Positions 11,390 to 24,969 of a DNA stretch of 64,000 nt are shown one piece after another. Positions within the stretch are counted from its first letter, which is position 1; every line of letters starts with the position of its first letter. This DNA comes from Heterodontus francisci (lineage: Eukaryota). A program made the position numbers and the translations under genes. Location: assembly GCF_036365525.1 (NCBI RefSeq), contig NC_090384.1, positions 71,261,715 through 71,325,714 on the forward strand, written 5' to 3'. The notes beneath the pieces were generated by a model. The model searched no databases. It saw nothing but the letters and a program-made list of their open reading frames with translations, and was not told where the DNA came from.

Positions 11390-14290
11390 AACTCACCTCT
11401 GCACTCATACAGGCCCAAAGCACCCTATCATCTTATAGTTTTTCTTCCTTCTCTCTATCCAGTTTCTCTTCTATGACTTGTCTCTTATTTCTTTGATCCT
11501 CTTCCCACCCAACCTTTAGCCATTCAGTTACCTTCCCGATTCTCACTGATATCTCCTCTTCTCCTTCAAATCTGCTGTAATCAGCTTCCTCCTCAGAACT
11601 CCCACTCTCAATTCCTCTGTCCATCCCAATTACTATCTTATTTCCAACATCTTCTTCCTCTCTAAAGTCTTTGAATGTGTCATTGTCTCCCAGTTTGGTG
11701 TTTGCCTCTAACATAAGTCTATTGGAATCACTTCAGTGGGATTCCTGCCCATCCTTGGCACTGATATAAACCTCACTAAAGTCACCACAATAATCTTTAC
11801 GACTACAATACCTTATCCCTCTTTTTTCTCCTTCATTTATTAATGATCTTTCACATTATCGACCATGTCAGCCTTCTCAATAGTTTACCTTCATGGGACT
11901 ACCCTTGTATAACACCATTCCTACTTTCCCAAAGCACTCAGCACATTTCCAACAGTGGTTTCTTCTTCCTGCCCTTGCCCCTGTCATTGCTGCTGTACCT
12001 CAAGATTACACCTCAAGCCTTTACTTTCCTCATTTACATGTTGTCCATTAGTGATGTTAATTGTAGATGTGGGGTTGGTTTCCAAAGGAATGCTGATGAC
12101 ATCCAGCCCTATATTTTAGTCATTATTGTTTCTGTATTGTTCAATTGTTTTTCCAACATCAAGTCACAAATAAGTCTGAACCTTCTCCAATTAAAAATGG
12201 GGAAAGCTGATAACAAGTTAAGAACTATGTACCCTTGTTATACGGTTAATTGACACACCATTTGATGTTAAGCTGATCTTCAAATTCCTTAGCAAGGATA
12301 TTTATTTTCACCTCAAAGTATTGCCCTCTCTACCCTTATCTCACCACCACCATTGATGATATCCTAATGCATAATTTTCTTAGCCCCAGACTCAATTTCT
12401 CCAATGCCCTTCTTCCAGTCTCCTGAGCTTGCATTCCTCCTCAATTCCTGACAACATCTGTTCTGTCTGGCTGCCTTTCTAATACTGAGGTGCAGTTAAA
12501 TCAGAATATTGTTCCCATTGAACATTGGGGATAACAAAGCCATTATATTTGCCTCATGCTTAAAATGCGTACCCTCATCATTGACTTCATCTCCCTTCCC
12601 AATGGGCTGTCCCCAGTCTCTGCATAACCTCTGTGTCCTGTATAACCCAGAGCTGAACCTCAAACTCTAGCAAAACTTAAGACTGCTTATTTACATCTCT
12701 GCAACAGCAGAGCTGAAACCTTTCATCATCTCTAGATTTGATTTCTCAAATACCTGTCCTTCATGATTCACTCACCTGCGACTTCCCTCGTGTGATTCCA
12801 ATCATACTTGTCACAATGCAGCCAGTGCATTTCCAGCAATGGTTTCTACTCCCAGCTTGCATGGTCATCTGTGGGGAACCAATCTTCATCTGCCTCTTGA
12901 GGAAAACACTACATAAACTCTAACTCATCTAAAGCTCTTCTAGCCGAAACCTGTTCAACACTGTCATGCTAGAACCCCACCTGCCAAGAATGAGGCACAT
13001 TAATTTTGTCACGAACATTGTGTTTAAACTGTTACTGGAGCGAGGAAATGACTTGTTAATCAGATCAACCGTGGCTGGAAAAGACATTTGCATATTAACA
13101 GACAGTGCTTGTGTTGACAAAGGACCATTCCCTGACACATTCAACCCACAATGGATGTTGATCACAGTGAGGAGGTAGGGAAGTGCATTCCAGGGCCTGC
13201 TGGGGTGATGCAATCCACAGGGTCCAGGACTGGTTGGACCAGCTGGTCAAATGACTAACTAGCTGTTCCAGGGGTCTTTTGAACTAGCTACAGAGAGTTT
13301 GAACTCAGAAAGACTGTCTGCTCCTGGACTGAGAAGATCTCTCCTGTCTGCTCCCATCTCTTTCTCACAAGCCTCTGAATCAACTGAAGACACATGAACT
13401 CCAAGGGAGAAAAGTCTCCTACAGCGAACGAGGTTTAAGAAGAATACTGGGCCACAACGAAAAGCACGATCCACCTACAATCAACAACTCTACAGTGAGC
13501 TCGAAGATCAGTAACAAAAAACCCTCTTCAGATATTACCTCAAATTTTTCCACTTTATTTTCCTTCTGCTCTTTTCTGTCTCTATTTGCATGTGTGTATC
13601 GCGTATGCATGCTAGCATGGGCATGTAAAGTATCCGTAGGTGTCAATCAAAGTAGAGTTTAAGTTCAAGTTTAATAAATTTCAACTTTTCTTCTTTAAAC
13701 CTAAGGAAACCTGTTTGTGCCGGTTTCTTTGTTTTATAATTGGAAAGCGGTGAACAAGGATTCACCAAGGGGGAGCTAAAAACACAGTGTGTTTAAAATT
13801 AAACCCTGTTATGGTAAGCCCAGGTGAAGGCTGAGAGGGAACCCTAGACACCTTCCTCAAATGGCCATAACATACACAAAATCCTGTTTGCTGATCAATC
13901 TAATCCTTGCTGACCTACAATGGCTCCCTATTCCTCAATGAATCAATTTCAAGGTTCTCATCCTTATATATAATCCCTTTTTGGACCTCCTCCGTCCTTA
14001 TGTTCAAACAGAGCCCTTTATTCCCCACTTCTGGCCTTCTGTGTATCCTGCTTCCTCAGTCGGTGGAAGAGCTGTCAGCATTTTGTGACCTTATTCTTTG
14101 GAATTCCCTCACTACAACCTGCAACCTGGCTTCCTGTCCTCTGCCTTTAAATGCCTTTTCAAAACCTACCCATTTGACTTTATCTCTGGTCACCTCTTCT
14201 AACTTATAGCATTTATACATTGTGTTAGTTCTTTTCCTTTGTATAACACCGTAGGATATTTTCCTATGTTAAAGGCACTATATCAAAATT
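11390..14290 (+). mobile_element. Old L2-like LINE fragments, interrupted by a solo LTR
   Basis: Pyrimidine-rich degraded RT with NY.LISNIFFLSKVFECVIVSQ (cf. NYRPISNLPFLSKVLE) and NADDIQ (cf. YADD); L2-like 3' end near 14290. Confidence 0.6.
12962..13872 (+). mobile_element. Solo LTR (Gypsy-like), same family as 27616-28527
   Basis: TGTCATG...CATAACA termini; imperfect TSD (aacac/tacac); collinear with the reverse complement of 27616-28527. Confidence 0.85.
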
Positions 14291-14524
14291 AATTTGTTGT
14301 TGAAGCAAATTCTGAGAGTGATATTTTATGAATGAGGATCCCTTTTGGGAACTAATGGTTTCTGGCTAATTGATCACAACATCAAAGAACCTAATTCCTA
14401 AGATGCTTTAATACCTGTAACTGAAACATAATAAAGTCATGTTTAGATAGAGGGCCAATTCTAATTGCAATCATATAGACTAGCTCCCACTGAACTGAAC
14501 AGGTTGGTGCCGAGTTGACATCTT

Positions 14525-16630
14525 ATAGAATATAGAATGGTCACTGCATATAAAGGAGGCCATTCAGCCTGTCATGTCTGTGCTGGCTCTCTGCAAGAGC
14601 AACTCAGATAGTCTCACTCCCCAGCCTTTTCCCTGTAGCTCTACAAATTTTTTTCTCTTCAGATAAATATCTAATTTCCTTTTGAAAGCCACAATTGAAC
14701 CTGCCTCCACCATACTCTCAGGCGGTGCATTCCAGACCTTAACCACTCACTTGTAAAAATGTTTTCCCCATGTCGCCTCTGATTATTTTTCCATTCACCT
14801 TAAATTGGTGCGCTCTGGTGCTTGAACATTCCACCAATCGGAACAGTTTCTCCTTATCTGCTGTACTCAGACCCCTTATGATTTTGAACACCTCCATCAA
14901 ATCTCCTCTCAACCTCCCCTTCTCCAAGGAGAATAGGCCCAACTTCAACAATCCATTCATGTAACAAAGTCCCTCATCCTTGGAACCATTCTCATAAAAT
15001 CTTTTCTGCACCCTCTCTAATGTCTTCTCATCCTTCTTAAATTGTGATGCCCAGAATTGGACACAATACTCCAATTGAGGCAGAACCAGTGTGTTATAAA
15101 GGTTCATCATAACTTCCTTGCTTTAGTACTTTATGCTTCTATTTATAAAGCCCAGCATCCTGTATGTCTTACTAACCATTTTCTCAACCTGCCCTGCCAC
15201 CTTCAATGATTTGTGCTGCAGGTCCCTTTGCTCCTGCACCCCCTTTAGAATTGTATTCTTTATTTTATAATGCCTCTCCTCATTCTTCCCACCAAAATGT
15301 ATCACTTCACACTTCTCTGCATTAAATTTCATCGCCACGTGTTCTCCCATTTTCCCAGCCTGTCTATGGTTTCTTGAAGTCCATCACTATCCTTCTCACA
15401 GTTCACAATACTTGCAAGTTTTGTGTCATTCCAAATTTTGAAATTATGTCCTGCACACCCAAAACGATGTCATGAATATAGATAAAGAAATGCTGTGGTC
15501 CTAATACCGATGCCTGGGGACACCACTGTATGGGTGGAATTTTGTGCTCTTCCCAGCAGCGGGTTTGGAGGTGGGTAGCGCATAAAATCAGGTGGGATGG
15601 GGACCCTGCCACCATCCCGCCTCTGCTGAAATTTAGTCCAAGGTGGGACAGCCTGTGAACGGCCTTCTCCCCCCGCTGCTAATTGAGGCCCTTAACTGGC
15701 TAATTAACCCCAATCAAGGGCCTTTTCCCGACACAGCTGCAATTACCCATGTGGCGGGCGGCCCTGTTGCCCCACAGGAAGCACAGCACAAAAAACTGTG
15801 CAGGCTGCTTCCTGGCTTTGGGGTGGTGGGGGAGAGGGTCGCTTGTTCAAAGGCGCTTAGGGCCACTTCCCTGTCATTGCTGCCAAACCCCATCCCCCGT
15901 GACCCCACCATGTGACACCCCTCCTGCCCAACCTACCTAAACTCTGCTTTCAGCGCTGCTCCTCAGTGTCTGGTCGCTGCAGCTACAGCAGCAGCCTCCA
16001 CCTCCATGGTGGCGCTGCAGCTGCCGGCCTCTGATTGGCTGGCAGCTCTGCAAGACCGAGACTTCCGGCAACAGGGTCCTAAATCCTATGGAAAGCCCAC
16101 CGCTGTCCAGTTAAGTGACTGATTGGCATTAGGTTCGACAGGCTTTCTGGAAAACAGGCATCGCGGAGATCTCGGCGTCGGTTTCCCTGACGTCAAAACC
16201 CCTGCCGCCAGCATAAAATTCCCCCCATATTTTCTTCCAGTCTGAAAAAAATATTCACTGCTACTCTCTGTTTCCTGTCACTCAGCCAACTTTGTATCTA
16301 TGCGGCCACTGTCCCTTTTATTCCATGGGCTTCAACTTTTCTGACAAGCCTGTTCTGTGGCACTTTATCAAACACCTTTTGGATGTCTGTATACACAGCA
16401 TATCAAGAGCACTACCCTCATCAAACTCCCCGCTACCTCATCAGAAATCTCAAACAAATTAGTTAAACACAATTTGCCCTTAACAAATCTGTGTTGGCTT
16501 TCCTTAATTAATCCACATTTGTCCAAGTGACTGTTAATTTTGTCTCGGATTATCATTCTAAAAGCTTTCCCACCACCGAGGTTAAGCTGACTGGTCTGTA
16601 GTTGCTGGGCTTATACATAAACCCTTTTAA
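14525..16630 (-). mobile_element. CR1/HER1 LINE fragment interrupted by a MITE
   Basis: Minus-strand RT pieces IKESQHRFVKGKLCLTNL, KFNAEKCEVIHFG and PQLEYCVQFW; multiple frameshifts. Confidence 0.9.
15532..16226. mobile_element. PIF/Harbinger-type MITE
   Basis: 16-bp TIRs GGGTGGAATTTTGTGC / GCATAAAATTCCCCCC; splits the CR1 RT sequence. Confidence 0.8.
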
Positions 16631-17489
16631 CCCTTTTATTCTTTACAACACTCTACCCTTTCTAGATGACTTTATCTGAGGGAATAAAAACAGAAAATTC
16701 TAGAAATACTCAGCAGGTCTGGCAGCATCTGTGGCGAAAGAAACAGTGTTATCATTTTCACCAGAACTGGGAAAAGTTAGAAATATAGTAGATTTAAAGC
16801 AGGTAAAAGAGAGCAGCATCTGCAGTATTTTATTTTTGTATGAGGAAAACCTGCTTAACAAGTTAGGCTACCACTCCCTCAAGGTTACTTAAAAATAATT
16901 CCAGGAATTGTTGCTGAGAGGCATTTGTTATGTTAATTACAATTGCTGGGCTGTAATTATTAAACAGTTTGATAGTTTACTGAGGTGATGATGTCCTCAT
17001 AATTACATGGTCCCTGAACAATTGTACTTTGCTGCTAAAAGCAAACAAGATCCTTGCTCACACAAAAGCCCACTTCTTACTAACATACAGACAACTACAC
17101 ACTACTGTGATGAAATGTATCCAAAACACAAAAGAACTCAGACCAATTTAACTCTTTCCAGGGCATAGAAGCTTTTATATTCTGTCCGCTTATAAAACAT
17201 TACTTTATGTTTTTTCTGTTTATCCCTCTACATTATGGGTTTCCAAAAGGGCCCACAGCTTCTCAGTGTGTTTATAAGGGAATCCTTAGGTTTCAGGAGA
17301 TCATCAGATTTCAGTCCATCAGGGGCTGAACAGACAACATGAGCATAAATGTCCTGAGAATTGTGTATTCTTTATTTTTTCTGCATCCATTGACTTATTA
17401 GCCTATTCTTTCTCTTGCTGTTAACTAATAAAATATTTTTCCTTCAGTAATGGCATTTTTTTTCCTTTGGATATCTGGCACTGTCTTTT

Positions 17490-17765
17490 GGGAGGAAATG
17501 GTATATGCCAATGTTGGCTGTGGGAATGTGCCAATTGTTGAGGGGATTCATGAGACTGTGTCAATATTTGAGTCAACCCTGGGAGCATTCGAATATTTGC
17601 AAGAGGCCCCTGGTAGAATGTCAATATCTGAGGGAGCCACCAGGTGTTTGCTAAGAGCTACATTGAACTGTGGCAGTGTTTCAATATTTCAGAGGATCCC
17701 AGAGAGCATCCCATTGTTGCAAAGGGGTTTTATGTGCCAGTATTTGCAGGAGTTCTCCACAGAAA
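17490..17765 (+). repeat. Degenerate ~30-bp minisatellite
   Basis: Recurring tgtcaatatttg...ccctggga-like units (e.g. 17558, 17592, 17618, 17679, 17734). Confidence 0.55.
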
Positions 17766-17964
17766 AAATAATTGAAACCCATTGATGTGTAGGTTACTTT
17801 TGGAGTGATGGCTATTAGAATGCTAAGACAAGCATCTTTCACCTTGAGATTTCTATGAATAGATCAATTTTCACGAGTTACAAAGATACACTTCAAGGCA
17901 TAATGAGAGCCAGAACCATTGCCAGGGTCAGATTTTATGCCAACCAAAATCTTAATGGTGCCCA

Positions 17965-18775
17965 TTTACCTCCTCTCTCCTCACTATCCAATCCCCAAAC
18001 ACTCCTTTCAGGTGAAGCAGTGATTTACTTGTACTTCTTTCAATTTAGTATACTGTATTCACTGCTCACAATGTGGTCTCCTCTACACTGGGGAGACCAA
18101 ACGCAGATTGGGTGACTGCTTTACAGAACATCGCTGCTCAGTCCGAAAGCATGACACCAAGCTTCCGGTTGCTTGCCATTTCAACACCCTTTGCTCTCAT
18201 GCTCACATCTCTGTCCTGGGCTTGCTGCAGTGTTCCAGTGAACATCAACGCAAGCTCGAGGAACAGCATCTCATTTACTGATTAGGCACGCTACAGCCTG
18301 CCGGACTGAACATTGAGTTCAATAATTTCAGAGCATGATGGGCCCCCCTTTTTATTTTTAGTTAATTTTTCTTTTTTTTCTTTTTTATTATTTATTATTT
18401 TTTATCTGTTAATTTTATTTTAGTTTGTTTCATCATTCATTTTTTTACCATGTGCCTACCCACTGCTTTTTTCATGTTTGAGCTTGGGCCAGGGCAGTTT
18501 ATTTTTCTGTCAATTGACACCCTCTTGGCACTAATGCTTTGTCTTTCAGCACACCATTACCATCCAATTGGCTTTGCTCCATGACTTTCTGGTAAGTTAT
18601 TCTCTGTGACCCTCTGTCCTATCAAAACCTTGCCTTTTGTTATCTCTTGCCCCACCCCTGCTTTATTTGCTTAAATCCTATTACATTTCTAACATTTGCC
18701 AGTTCTGACGTTAACTCTGCTTCTCTGTCCACAGATGCTGCCAGACCTGCTGAGTATTTCCAGAATTTCTTGTTT
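17965..18775 (+). mobile_element. Penelope-like element 3' fragment (GIY-YIG end plus UTR)
   Basis: TCTSFNLVYCIHCSQCGLLYTGETKRRLGDCFTEH is a GIY-YIG signature; followed by the common tail cacagatgctgccagacctgctgagtatttccag. Confidence 0.8.
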
Positions 18776-19456
18776 TTAATATAAAACCTTAATGGTGGTA
18801 ATCAGTGTTTGAAACCTATTGTCCACTTCTCCATGCAATAGACTGAAAATCAGTGTCATTATTTCATTGACTGAAATTGTGCACATTATGATGAGTTTTA
18901 AAAAGAATGCATACAAAACATTTGCAGCACAGAAACAAGGCCCAACATGTCAATGTGGGTGTTTATGCTACACAAGAGCCTCCTCTCACTCTATTTACTT
19001 CATCTCACCCTATCAACATATCCTTCTATTTCTTCGTCCCTCGTGTGTTTATCTAGTTTCCCCTTAAATGTATTTATGCCAATTGCTTCGTGGTAATGAG
19101 TTCCACATTCTCACCACTCTCTGAGTACAGTGTCTCCTGAATCCCCTATTGGATTTATTTATGACTGTCTTATATTTATGGCCCCTAGTTTTGGATTCCC
19201 CACAAGAGGAAAGATTTTTTCTATGTCTACCCTATCAAAGCCTTTCATAATTTTAAACACTAAAGGACAATAATCTTCAACCTGTGTGATCTGTTTCCTG
19301 TCTACATCAAAGGTCAGGAGAAAAATCTGCAGACAGCTGACATGCTGATGCATTCCACCAGACTATCCCAACCTTCTGTTTCCTTCCACACAACAACTGA
19401 CCTACTGCTTCCTGCCTGTTTGAATCTGAAACCACCTGCTGAGCAACCAACATATT

Positions 19457-19740
19457 TATTTTTAGATACAGCACTGAAACAGGCCCGTCAGCCCACTGAG
19501 TCTGTGCCGACCAACCAACCACCCATATTCCCTACCACCTACCTACACTAGGGGCAATTTACAACAGCCAATTTACCTATCACCTGCAAGTCTTTGGCTG
19601 TGGGAGGAAACCGGAGCACCCGGCAAAAACCCACACGGTCACGTAGAACTTGCAAACTCCGCACAGGCAGTACCTAGAATCAAACCTGGGTCCCTGGAGC
19701 TGTGAGGTTGTGGTGCTAACCACTGCGCCACTGTGCCGCA
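19457..19740 (-). mobile_element. HE1-like tRNA-derived SINE
   Basis: Reverse complement of the 29188 copy (gcggcacagtggcgcagtggttagcacc head). Confidence 0.88.
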
Positions 19741-20399
19741 TAGAATCATGAATATCCAGATACCATAGAAGTACCTGTGGTCTATGAGTCTGCTTGGAAT
19801 AGAAAAAAAAAGATAGGACACAGTAATGAAATTCAGGGTAAAACAGGCTTTTCAATCATGTTTCTTTTTTTCTCATCCTTTATGTCATGGTTTCACTTGT
19901 AATAATTTTTTATAAATTGTAAATTTCATTTGTGCACGTCGGCCTGTTACTTCTACTATTTCTATGTATATCATCACACTATCAGAATGCTTCCAGTACA
20001 TGAATTCTGCAGTTAATGAATCTTGAGGGAATCTGACTGATTGTGGGTGTTAGGGTGTGGTGGATGTCAGGGGGTGTGAATGCTGAAGCTGCTGTACTTT
20101 GTATCCCTAAGTGTATATCTGTGGCTATTTCATCTGGTATAAAATGTGCACAAGTCTGTATTTCACACAGATAATACATGAGGTATGCTGTGAAATACAG
20201 AGGTTTCAAATGCAGAACCAGCAGAGAATATAGGCTGAATTTGCATAGTTGGTCATCTGAGTGAGCTGAAGTGTGAAGAGGCAATTCTACAAGTGCGCTG
20301 TTCAGTACGGTTGCTGCTAGATCAGGTTGTGTTGTGACATTTGAAAGAAATGGAGGAGCAGGTAGGACAATGAAGTAATGACACTAACAGAGAAATAAA

Positions 20400-21111
20400 G
20401 GCCTGAATTTTACACCCCCCAAACGAGCAGGCTGTTGGCAGGTGGAGGCGGGTGTAAAATGGAGTGGGAAGCTGGGAGTGCCCTTCCTGACCCCTTCCCG
20501 CCCCCATTGCAAATTTACGGGGGGCGGTGGAGGCAAGAAATGGCCCACTGCCCCAGGCCAATCAGGGCCATTAAGTGCCACTGAAGGGCCTTCACCCCCC
20601 CCCTCACCCCCCGCCGCGGGTATTTTACACTTGGCTGGTGGGTGGCTGAGGTCTCTAAAAAAGCCTGCCCGGTGAAACCAGATGGCCTTCTTGAGAGCTG
20701 AGGGGGCCCTCCTGATTGGGCACTGTATGCCCCACAGAGGGCTGCCATCAACGCACAACACTCCCCCTAACCGCTCCCCCTTGCCTCGCCAGGGCCTGAC
20801 CAATTTCCCCGGCGAGGCTCTAAAAACTCATCTTCATTCCAAGGCCATCCTTCATCTTCGTTCTGATGGCTGGGTGCAGTCCCAGCAGTGGCCACCACTC
20901 CCGGTGGTGCTGCTGGGACTAAGAGCTGCCGGACGATTGATTGGCCGGCTGCTCCAATAGGCAGGACTTCCTGCCTCAAGGAGGTGGAAGTCTTGCCCAA
21001 GACTAATTAAGGGCTTGGGAAGTGTAAAATACGGTCTGGATCCCCAGACCCGGTGGAAGCGGGCTCACCACTGACTTTTCGGCCGCTCCCACTAACAAAA
21101 AATTTCCAGCC
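20400..21111. mobile_element. PIF/Harbinger-type MITE
   Basis: Termini GGCCTGAATTTTAC / AAAATTTCCAGCC; interior is the reverse complement of parts of 1890-2632. Confidence 0.8.
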
Positions 21112-21409
21112 AATGACTGCCAAAGGGTGATTGGAGAGAGAGAAGGACAAGGAGGGAGTAGTGTGCAAGTATGCCAGTGGCACATACATTGCTGGGTGGT
21201 CCCACACTTATCATTGATGAATCTGTATGTTGGAGTCATGCTGATGTAAGGAAATGGTTAATTCTCATCTATCACCTTTTACTTGCTAAGTGAATTTCTA
21301 CTAGAAGGCTGGAAAAGTCAGTTTTGTTTACCCGACAGAGACTTTAGCTTATAAGAGTTTGGCTGCAAACTTTCTTTGTCTGAGCCTCATTGGTATCTCA
21401 GCTGTCCTC

Positions 21410-22790
21410 CTGGGAATTATTTTCTTGGTTGGATTTGTCCTGCTTTTTGTGCACAGGACATACCTGGGAAATTTTCCACATTGCCGGGTAGATGCCAGTG
21501 TTGTAGCTGTACTTAAACAGTTTGACTACGGGCGCGGCTAGTTCTGGAGCACATGCCTTCAGTACTACTGCCTTTGCAGTGTCCAGTGCCTTCAGCCATT
21601 TGTTGATATCTCATGGAGTGAATAGGATTGGCTGAAGACTGGCATCTGTGATGCTGGGGACTTCAGGAGGAGGCCGAAATGGATCATCCAGTCGGCACTT
21701 ATGGTTGAAGATGGATGCAAATGCTTCAGCCTTATCTTTTGCACTGATGTTCTGGGCTCCCCCATTATTGAGGGTGGGGATATTTGTGGAGCCTCCTCCT
21801 CCTGTCAGTTGTTTAATTGTCCACCACCATTCACGACTGGATGTGGCAGGGCTGCAGATCTTAGATCTGATCCGGTGGTGTGGGATCGCTTAGCCCTATC
21901 TATCACATGCTGCTTCTGCTGTTTGATATGCAAGTAGTCTTGGGTCGTAGCTTCACTGGGCTGACACCTCATTTTGAGGTATGCCTGGTGCTGCTCCTGG
22001 CATGCCCTCCCACACTCTTCATCGAATGAGGTTTGGCCCCCAGTTTGATGGTAATGGTAGAGTGGGGGATATGCCAGGCCATGAGGTTACAGATTGTAGT
22101 TGAATACAATTCTGCTGCTACAGATGGCCCACAGCACCTCATGAATGCTCAGAGATGCAGTGGTTTTTGTCGAGGTTCATCCCAAGCAGCTCTGTAACAC
22201 AGGAGTCTGTGCTCTACGGGCTGTTCCCAGGGACGCACACCGAGACAAACATCAACTGCTGCTGGAGGACTATTAAATCGGTGAAAGACGCCCTTTGGTC
22301 TGCCCGAAACTTGCTGGTCTTCCAGCGCAAAGAGTTGTCCACCACCGAATGTTGCAGGCTGGCACAATCCAAGGTCCAGGACTATGTGCTGAGGGACGCA
22401 ATAAAGCTTGGGGCAGCCGCAGCAAAGGCTCAATGGGGAAAGACCACAGTGTAAGGTCCCCCCACCAAGCTGAACTGAGGGGCTGGATCCATGGGAAACC
22501 CCTCGAACTGTATCGGGAAAATTTTGTGTGCTGTAAATGTAAAAATGTATATGGCATGACAATGAAATGGAAGGGTTGTGAGGCAACTCATGATTGTATT
22601 GAAGGAAACTGATCATCTTTGCACTGTTTGTATTTTTTGACTTGATGCTGTTTTAAACTGTTTGGAAATGTAATTTTTACAGATTTTTATGAATAAAGTA
22701 TATTTTGGAAATAAAAAAAAAATGAATGCTCAGTTTTGAATTGCTAGATCTGTTCAAAATCTATCCCTTCCTAACAGTACTGTGAGTGTG
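21410..22790 (-). mobile_element. Second non-LTR (APE-RT) family fragment hosting a Tx1 insertion
   Basis: Collinear with 59545-60272 and 50700-51340 (NDGGAQ.ISAKDKAEAFA.IF motif). Confidence 0.8.
22153..22721 (+). mobile_element. Tx1/L1-clade LINE 3' end
   Basis: ORF2 C-terminus SVLYGLFPGTH...VKDALWSARNLLVF; AATAAA plus poly(A); 12-bp TSD ATGAATGCTCAG (22141-22152 and 22722-22733). Confidence 0.85.
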
Positions 22791-23126
22791 CCTACACCCC
22801 AAGGACTGCAGCAGTTGAAGAAGGCAGCTCACCACCACCTTCTCATGGGCAATTAGGGATGGGCAACCAATGCTGGCCTGGCCAGCGACGTCCACATCCC
22901 ACAAATGAATAAAAAGAAACGTGCAGAAGTTAGATCAGTCAAAAGAACTGCTATATTACTGAATTTGTATTGTTTTATTGCTGCAGGATATGCCACAATG
23001 CAGTTCCCTTATCTGTGTAATTTATTTGAACAGTAATTCCAAGCCAGGAGTTGTGTTTTGTGGCTTCATATGTAATATTTGCAATTGGATCTGCAAATCA
23101 AGATTTGTTTTAACATTATATATAAG

Positions 23127-23231
23127 ATGACATCAATCTGGATGGTGAACAACCAGTCTCCTTGCTGAACACTCATCCGTTGAAGCGATGGGAGAATCCA
23201 TCAGTAAAGCCACATATTTTGAATATAATGA
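23127..23231 (+). CDS. Tentative ELF5 linker exon (105 nt, phase 1/1)
   Basis: Open frame DINLDGEQPVSLLNTHPLKRWENPSVKPHILNIM between AG and GTTAG, in the correct phase to join the ETS exon; weak acceptor and no recognisable homology. Confidence 0.2.
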
Positions 23232-23477
23232 GTTAGAGGTTATTGCCAATCTAATCACATTTAAATAGTAAAATATTCCACAAAACTCAAACTGAGATTG
23301 GTTCATGTAGGTCGTTAGCTTCAGAGCACAGTGGAACTAACATTTAAGCATGAAACTGACTTTGCTGTTGGCTAACCTGTTACCTAAATTGGATGTAGAA
23401 GAGAGAATATTTGTATTTTCCAAGACATAATAAGATTTCCTGATAAACAAGATTCTTATTTCTGCTTTCTCCCGAAG

Positions 23478-23673
23478 GTTTTCAAAGTCAGTATCTTTGG
23501 GAATTTGTTCGTGATATTCTGCTGTCTCCTGAAGAAAGCAATGGCGTTTTGAAGTGGGAAGACAGAAATGAAGGAATTTTCAAAGTTGTAAAGTCTGATT
23601 CTCTGGCAAAACTGTGGGGTCAAAGAAAAAATAATGAACGTATGACCTATCAGAAACTTAGCAGAGCACTGAG
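23478..23673 (+). CDS. ELF5: ELF5-like exon, ETS domain N-terminal part (196 nt)
   Basis: ctttctcccgaAG|...CTG AG|GTAAC; [65 protein letters not shown], open frame. Confidence 0.93.
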
Positions 23674-23903
23674 GTAACAATGTGCTTCTCCAACAAGTAG
23701 CAAAGCATGTTTAGTTGCACTTCAAAACAAAAAAGAACAGAAATTGTCTCTTTGGTTTGGTTGCTAGTATTCTTGCCTCAGAGTCAGAACGTTGTGAGTA
23801 GGTGTATTTTAATTTTGATCAGGAGGGTTTTTTGAGGACAATTTCTGTTCGCATTGTTAGAGATTTTCCTGCACAAATCACACCTGAATTAACTTTTAAA
23901 AAT

Positions 23904-24167
23904 CTTTCTTTGGTCTCCTTATCTTGAGATACAATGGGTAAGTGCCTGGAGGTGTTCAGTGGTGTGTGGAGCAGTGCCTGGAGTGGCTATAAAGGCCAAT
24001 TCTAGAGTGACAGGCACTTCCACAGGTGCTGCAGAAAAATTTGTTTGTCGGGGCTGTTACGCAGTTGGCTCTCCCCTTGCGCCTCTGTCTTTTTTCCTGC
24101 CAACTGCTAAGTCTCTTCGACTCGCCACTCTTTAGCTCCGCTTTTATGGCTGCCCGCCAGCTCTGGC
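23904..24167 (-). mobile_element. RTE LINE 3' end in the last ELF5 intron
   Basis: Reverse complement of about 4530-4795; TSD TTTAAAAAT (23895-23903 and 24168-24176). Confidence 0.88.
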
Positions 24168-24969
24168 TTTAAAAATGGTAACATGTTAAAAAGAGGACAC
24201 TAAAACTTATCTCCTGAAACTATTTATTGGTGCAGTAGAACTAGGACCGAACCATGTTCTCTAGCCCTAAAGCACTTCACCTTGATGAATAGATATACAC
24301 AATAAACTTACATTTGGTTGGCAAGCTGGTAGGAAGTTCCCTACCAGGATTAATGAACATCAGCATGAGAGTGAACTCTAATCATTTTAGAAGGCCAGAG
24401 ACTGGGTACAGAATGACATAGGCTGAGAACAGGCTGCCTGTGCATACTCTTAGTGGTTGTGGATGGTACATGGTGCAGAGACTGAACAAGGGAAGGGGAA
24501 CCTAAATCAATACATTGCAAAAGTAAAGACAAATACCTGAAATTTTCTCGGAGCTACCTTTGCTTCACCATCATAATGATGAAAGTGTGGTGAGAAACCT
24601 GTCTACATGTGGTTTTTACCACAATTTTGATACAGTAATAGCAGCCCAGCAGCAGAAAATCTGTGTTAAGTTGCTGTAGGCCCAAAGGAATCTCACCATT
24701 AGAGAGATACAGTTGGTACTATATAGCTTGAGGGGTACCACTCCTCAAGTGTGGGGCAAGACAAGGATGCAGATCTCCATGAACCCACGCTATTGCCACC
24801 TTTCTGCACTATATGCTAGCTGTCTAGTCAACTGAGCTAACCAACCTCCCCTCTGTTAAGTGCTGGTGGCTAAATAATGTCAATAATACTTGATTAGCAC
24901 ATTCAGAGAGGGAAATAAATATTACAGTGGTCCAGAAGTCGCATCACATCATTTTATTTTGCTTTTCAG

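Noticed and set aside
17450-17785. 111-aa ORF or CRISPR-like array
   Set aside because: Degenerate minisatellite without identical repeats or unique spacers, in a vertebrate genome; no protein similarity recognised.
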